This document shows positions 59,356 to 64,000 of a DNA stretch of 64,000 nt, piece by piece. Source of the DNA: Bdellovibrionota bacterium (GTDB taxonomy: Bacteria > Bdellovibrionota_C > UBA2361 > JBGSMV01); contig JBIKWF010000004.1 of NCBI GenBank assembly GCA_044356455.1, positions 1-64,000 on the forward strand. The letters are read 5' to 3'. The first letter of the stretch is position 1; each line of letters opens with the position of its first letter. The notes under the pieces were generated by a model. The model worked only from the letters and a program-made list of their open reading frames with translations. It did no database searches and was not told the origin of the DNA. The translations under genes and the position numbers were made by a program.

Positions 59356-59435
59356 GGCAAAGCCGAAAAGCCCCAAACGGCAAAGCTCAAAAGCCCAAGG
59401 GCAAAGCTCAAAAGCCCAAGGGCAAAGCTCAAAAG
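59356..59435. repeat. 21-bp tandem repeat (about 3.7 units)
   Basis: GGCAAAGCTCAAAAGCCCAAG x2 plus a degenerate and a partial unit. Confidence 0.9.
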
Positions 59436-59680
59436 ACAGACATCCCGTTTGTTCGCCCCCCGCACATCGACCCTGAATGCAAGACAATGTTACGAGCCAT
59501 CCCCGCGATTTGAGGGATGATTTACCCAATAATTTCTTGAGTGTCACGGAATTGTATGGTCTATTTCAGCGCGTTGCAATTTAAATTTCGGCACAAGTCG
59601 CTTTAAAATTCCTATGGAAGGCTGCTTCCTTTGGGTGGCTGTGGTCTTTACTGGGGATTGGGGTGCTCTTGTTTGGGCGT

Positions 59681-59731
59681 GCTTTCGTGCAGTGTTGGCT
59701 TTCGTGCAGTGTGGGCCTTCGTGCGGTGTTG
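59681..59731. repeat. 17-bp tandem repeat x3
   Basis: GCTTTCGTGCAGTGTTG / GCTTTCGTGCAGTGTGG / GCCTTCGTGCGGTGTTG. Confidence 0.9.
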
Positions 59732-59962
59732 TCGAAAGGAGCCTCTGCCCGCATGAGTCGAGAATGCTGATGCAGGCTGGCGTTTGAAGAACGCTGGCCG
59801 CAAGCGCGTAGGTGATTTGTTTTTGTAACCTGGTCTCGCCTTAGTTTTCTAGAGAGTGGGAGCGCCAGAGTGGGGGAGTTGTTCTTTGACCTTTGGTGAG
59901 TGTGGCCTGCCGGTGATGTTTGTCCCGGTAGAGTTTTATCCCGCGGTGTTTGAAGTTTCTCT

Positions 59963-62362
59963 ATGAGTGAAGCAGCGTCATCCTCTGTGTCTTTCTCTGG
60001 AGGGGGCTTAGATCACGTTGAGGTAGCTGTTATCGGTGCAGGTCCCGCTGGGCTTGGCGCAGCTACCAACGCAGCCCACCACAAGCTTTCGCATGTGCTG
60101 ATCGAGCGCAGGGAGCTTGGTAATACCGTGTTTGATTATCAGCTTGGAAAGCTGGTAATGGCGGAGCCCGCCAAACTACCTCTTCGTTCTCATGTTCCTT
60201 TTAAACAAGGAAGCCGAGAAGAGATTCTCGAGGGCTGGGCAAAGGCCGTTCAGGGCCTTGGTGTGAATGTCGTGCGCGCCGAGGTTACTAAAATTGAGCG
60301 TAAGGACGATAAATTCTACATTACGACGAACGGCGGCTCACTTACGGCGACGAACGTTGTTCTCGCTATTGGTGTTCAGGGGACTCCCCGAAAATTGGGC
60401 GTGCCTGGTGAGGACTTGCCCCACGTTGCCTACACGCTTGCCGATCCCGGCGCGTTTAAGGGCTATGACGTCATGGTGGTTGGCGCGGGTGATGCGGCGA
60501 TTGAGAACGCCCTGGCACTTGCTGATAAAAATACCGTCTCTCTTCTTAACCGCGGCGCGGAGTTCCCTAGAGCGAAGGAGGCAAATGGCGCCAAAATAAT
60601 GGACGCCATACGCGCAGGGAAAGTCCGTCATTTTATGAACTCCTCGGTAGCGAGAGTTGAAAGTGACGTTGCCTACATTGACACCCCGGACGGCGAAGTT
60701 GCTCTTAAGTGCAATCATATTATCGCTCGCCTAGGCGGAATTCTTCCGCGAGGCTTTCTCGAAGGGATTGGAATTCAGTTCTCGAGCAAAGATCCCAACG
60801 CGGTTCCCATTGTTAATGGGCGCTACGAGTCGAGTGTTCCTAACCTTTTCGTTTTGGGCGCGCTCATTGGTTACCCGCTCATTAAGCACGCGATTAACCA
60901 GGGACATGAAGTTATCGAGCACATACTCGGTAATAAGGTAGAGCCCGCCGATCAGGTGCTCATCGACGAGAAGCTCAAAGTTCTTCCCGGATCACCGAAC
61001 GACAATCTCGCGATGATGCGAGCCAAGCTTCCTCTCTTTAAAGATCTCTCCGATGCGCAGTTCCGCGAGCTTGTGATTGACTCGACCGTTCATCAGCTTG
61101 CGCCAGGTTCTGTGGTATTTAAGCGCAACGATTACACCGACAGCTTCTTTAGCATTGTGTCGGGAGAGGTAACTGTTCAGATTTCTCCTGAGCGCGGCAT
61201 CCCAATTGGTGAAAGCAATTTCTTCGGAGAAATGGGACTTCTCTCGGGACGAAGGCGTGTTGCGACGATTGTTGTTTCTAAATCAGCGGTACTGCTTGAG
61301 TCTCCTCGAAAACAGCTTCTTAAGCTTACCAACTCTGTCCCTAGCGTAAAACGCTCGCTTGACGAAGTTTTCATGCTGCGCGCGCTTGAGACTTCTGTAT
61401 TTCCCGATGCAGATCCGGCTTTCTTGCGTGAGCTCGTCAAGAAGGCCCGCATGAAGAACTTCAAGAAGGGCGACGTGCTCTTTAAAGAAGGTGATATTGG
61501 CGATGTGCTTTACGTGATCCGAAAGGGTTCACTTAAGGTCTCGCGCAAGAATAAGCGTGGGGCGGATGTCACCCAGACGTACGTACCGGCCGGGCACATT
61601 GTAGGTGAAATGGCGCTGCTTTCAGCCGCAGATGCTCCGCGCTCCGCCACGGTTACCGCGGCGGTTGCCTGTGAGACCATTATCTTAGGCAAGGAAGAAT
61701 TCCTGCATTTACTTGATGAGAACCCCCGCGTTCGTAAGCGCGTAGAGGAACTTGCGCGCATGCGCCAAGTAGAGAACGTGGTGTCTGAAAAGGGTGAGCA
61801 GACCGGACAGCTGCTCGACTTCATGATGACCGAAGGCGTCACGGACGCTGACAATATCTTGCTTATCGATTCTGACCTCTGCGTAGGGTGTGATAACTGC
61901 GAGAAGGCCTGTGAGGCTACTCATCATGGATTCAGCCGATTGGATCGTAAAGGAGGCAAGTCGCTCGCAAATATCCAAATTCCTATCTCCTGCAGGCATT
62001 GCGAGAACCCTTTGTGCATGACCGATTGTCCACCGGATGCGCTAACACGCCTTCCTGACGGAGAGGTCATTATTCGAGACTCCTGTATCGGGTGTGGCAA
62101 CTGTGTGCGGAGTTGCCCGTACGGGGTAATTCAGCTGGTACATGATCATCCCGATCATGGCGGATTCTCTTTGCTTAGGCTTTTTGGGCTTGGCAAAAAA
62201 TCTACTGAAGAAGGCCCTGCAAAGGCAGCGAAGTGCGATCAATGTGAATCGCTTAAAGGTGGGCCTGCCTGTGTGCGTGCATGTCCAACGGGCGCCGCTA
62301 TGCGCGTGAACCCACGGCGACTTCTAGAGCTCGTGGGTAAGAATCGTGGGAAGGAGGGCTGA
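59963..62362 (+). CDS. FAD/NAD(P)H oxidoreductase fused to two cNMP-binding domains and a 4x[4Fe-4S] domain
   Basis: IGAGPAG, VGAGDAA; FGEMGLL..RVATI and GEMALL..PRSATV; CVGCDNC, CRHCENPLC, CIGCGNC, CDQC..CVRACP. Confidence 0.92.
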   Translation: MSEAASSSVSFSGGGLDHVEVAVIGAGPAGLGAATNAAHHKLSHVLIERRELGNTVFDYQLGKLVMAEPAKLPLRSHVPFKQGSREEILEGWAKAVQGLGVNVVRAEVTKIERKDDKFYITTNGGSLTATNVVLAIGVQGTPRKLGVPGEDLPHVAYTLADPGAFKGYDVMVVGAGDAAIENALALADKNTVSLLNRGAEFPRAKEANGAKIMDAIRAGKVRHFMNSSVARVESDVAYIDTPDGEVALKCNHIIARLGGILPRGFLEGIGIQFSSKDPNAVPIVNGRYESSVPNLFVLGALIGYPLIKHAINQGHEVIEHILGNKVEPADQVLIDEKLKVLPGSPNDNLAMMRAKLPLFKDLSDAQFRELVIDSTVHQLAPGSVVFKRNDYTDSFFSIVSGEVTVQISPERGIPIGESNFFGEMGLLSGRRRVATIVVSKSAVLLESPRKQLLKLTNSVPSVKRSLDEVFMLRALETSVFPDADPAFLRELVKKARMKNFKKGDVLFKEGDIGDVLYVIRKGSLKVSRKNKRGADVTQTYVPAGHIVGEMALLSAADAPRSATVTAAVACETIILGKEEFLHLLDENPRVRKRVEELARMRQVENVVSEKGEQTGQLLDFMMTEGVTDADNILLIDSDLCVGCDNCEKACEATHHGFSRLDRKGGKSLANIQIPISCRHCENPLCMTDCPPDALTRLPDGEVIIRDSCIGCGNCVRSCPYGVIQLVHDHPDHGGFSLLRLFGLGKKSTEEGPAKAAKCDQCESLKGGPACVRACPTGAAMRVNPRRLLELVGKNRGKEG

Positions 62363-62368
62363 GCAGGC

Positions 62369-63196
62369 GTGTCGAACGAAACTTTTTTCAGCTATCGGGG
62401 TTATCGGTGGTTCTGGGCGAACGTAGGGCTCGTTGCGCTCTTGACCCTGATTTACTACTGGAACGACCCTCTCGGCGTTCCAAGTGGGGGCACCGTTTTC
62501 GGCTATACTGTCGGAGGTATAGCAACGGCGGGGATTCTCTACTTGATGTGGTACGGAATTCGGAAGCGTTCTTACCATGCGCACACTACCACACTTAAAG
62601 GCTGTCTCTCTGCACACGTTTGGCATGGGCTCGCGCTCTCTTTCATTGTGCCGCTCCACGCGGGTTTCCAGTTTGGCTGGAACGTTCATACCTTGGCCTA
62701 TGTGATTATGATGCTCGTCATTGCGAGTGGGCTATGGGGGGCCGTTAATTACGGGAGCCTGGCGCCTAATATTCAGTCACACCGAGGCGGCGGAACGGTT
62801 AAGAATCTTGTCGAACAAATACATATCGCCGAGCAGAACATCGAGGCTCTGGGATCCTCTCGCAGTGACCATTTTATTGCATTTGGAAAATCGATTGATG
62901 CTCCCTTTCGGCCGAGCTTTTGGCCGATGGTACTTGGAGCCTCCGGTGGCGGAGCCCCTCTTAATGCCAACAAGGTAGGCGCTCTTATTGCCGAGCTGCC
63001 TCCTGAGGAGAAAGAGGAGGGAGTAAAGCTGGTAAAGCTCATAGAGAGAAAACGAGCCTTGATTGCTCAAGTGCATCGAGAAGTGCGTACCGTCGCGATG
63101 CTTAAACTTTGGCTGTACTTACATTTGCCGCTCTCTTTGGCGCTGGTCGCAGCATTGGCAGTGCATATTTTTTCTGTTTTCTTCTTTCGGGGTTAG
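62369..63196 (+). CDS. Membrane protein with His in TM segments (ferric-reductase-like heme b anchor)
   Basis: YGIRKR, LSAHVWHG, PLHAGF, WLYLHLPLS..VH. Confidence 0.75.
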   Translation: MSNETFFSYRGYRWFWANVGLVALLTLIYYWNDPLGVPSGGTVFGYTVGGIATAGILYLMWYGIRKRSYHAHTTTLKGCLSAHVWHGLALSFIVPLHAGFQFGWNVHTLAYVIMMLVIASGLWGAVNYGSLAPNIQSHRGGGTVKNLVEQIHIAEQNIEALGSSRSDHFIAFGKSIDAPFRPSFWPMVLGASGGGAPLNANKVGALIAELPPEEKEEGVKLVKLIERKRALIAQVHREVRTVAMLKLWLYLHLPLSLALVAALAVHIFSVFFFRG

Positions 63197-63202
63197 TGGC
63201 AG

Positions 63203-64000
63203 ATGAAGCTTACCGTCACGATAGAAACGATTAGTCCGAATGGCACGCGCGATGTGCATTCGGAGGTAGTCGAAAAGGATACCATAATCCTTGGCCGTGG
63301 CGCGGGCAGCGACATACGCTTGGATAGCCCGGCAGCAGCATTGGCGCATGCACAGTTGTCGGTCGGCCCCTCAGGCCAAATAGTCATTGAAGACCTCGGG
63401 TCTTTGAGTGGCGTCCTGCTTAATGATGCGGCTATTACTCGGCAGGCTCTGCGCGTGGGGGACAAGCTTGTCCTTGCCGATGTGCAATTTCAGGTGCGCG
63501 CACGCCCCGACAGCCTTGAGCTCTATAGGGAGAAGCGTCTTGAGGAGAAGCTCGACCTGGACGCCAAGATCCGCCGGGATCTTATGGCAGTTCACGTGCC
63601 TAATCGTATCCCATCCTTCCTGCTTCTCTCCCTAATCTCTATTGCCGTCGTCTTACTTGGGTTCTTTGTGTGGCCGGTAGCTACGCCGCACAAAGGTAGC
63701 TGGTCTAGTGGCCCGATTGCGCCTCCGCATCAGATGGTGGGCCATGATTGCACGGCATGTCATGACGGGAATTTCAAAACGATTTCCGATCAAAAATGTT
63801 TGTCTTGTCATCAGCTGACCGCGCATGCGGCACCTTTTTCTCACGGCGTTCTTACAACGGGGACCACCTCAGGTGGTGGGGGAACTGCTCCTATGAGCGC
63901 GTCTTCCAACTCTGGCGAGCCTTCATGTTCGAGCTGCCATATGGACCACAATGGTCCGCACGGGATAATTGTGCGCCAAGCGGCTCTCTGTACCTCTTGT
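63203..64000 (+). CDS. FHA domain + TM + multiheme cytochrome c3-like protein (3' partial; absent from the ORF track)
   Basis: Manual translation: IILGRGAGSDIRL..HA..IEDLGSLSGVLLN (FHA), TM helix, WSSGPI, CTACH, CLSCH, CSSCH, CTSC at the window edge. Confidence 0.9.
   Translation, partial: MKLTVTIETISPNGTRDVHSEVVEKDTIILGRGAGSDIRLDSPAAALAHAQLSVGPSGQIVIEDLGSLSGVLLNDAAITRQALRVGDKLVLADVQFQVRARPDSLELYREKRLEEKLDLDAKIRRDLMAVHVPNRIPSFLLLSLISIAVVLLGFFVWPVATPHKGSWSSGPIAPPHQMVGHDCTACHDGNFKTISDQKCLSCHQLTAHAAPFSHGVLTTGTTSGGGGTAPMSASSNSGEPSCSSCHMDHNGPHGIIVRQAALCTSC

Noticed and set aside
59356..59731. Tandem repeats as CRISPR arrays
   Set aside because: Units are contiguous with no unique spacers, and there are no cas genes.

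Overview
Bacterial chromosomal window of roughly average GC. Gene content suggests a deltaproteobacteria-like/Bdellovibrionota-type lineage (inference only). Recognisable genes include radC, tpx, a dapF-like epimerase, an acetyl-CoA hydrolase/transferase, an RND permease with TolC, an exosortase with its VIT/PEP-CTERM substrate, GNATs, surface proteins, and a cNMP/FAD/4Fe-4S plus multiheme cytochrome cluster. These alternate with an ORFan-rich stretch at about 27-50 kb. The most striking signal is non-coding. (i) A GxxExxY (PD-(D/E)xK-type) gene is exactly bounded by a perfect 31-bp inverted repeat that supplies its RBS, start and stop codon; a gene-less mini copy lies 31 kb away. (ii) At least 10 further sites share the same 3x9-bp unit architecture, 7 of them inside MITE-like shells that often sit on stop codons. 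(iii) An IS110-family element end abuts a CT dinucleotide inside one of these palindromes. (iv) A second co-oriented ~140-bp repeat family punctuates the ORFan region and marks a gene-truncation breakpoint. (v) A 109-bp MITE with a CTAG duplication disrupts a GNAT gene. No rRNA, tRNA or CRISPR array was seen. All family assignments come from motif recognition by eye, not database searches.
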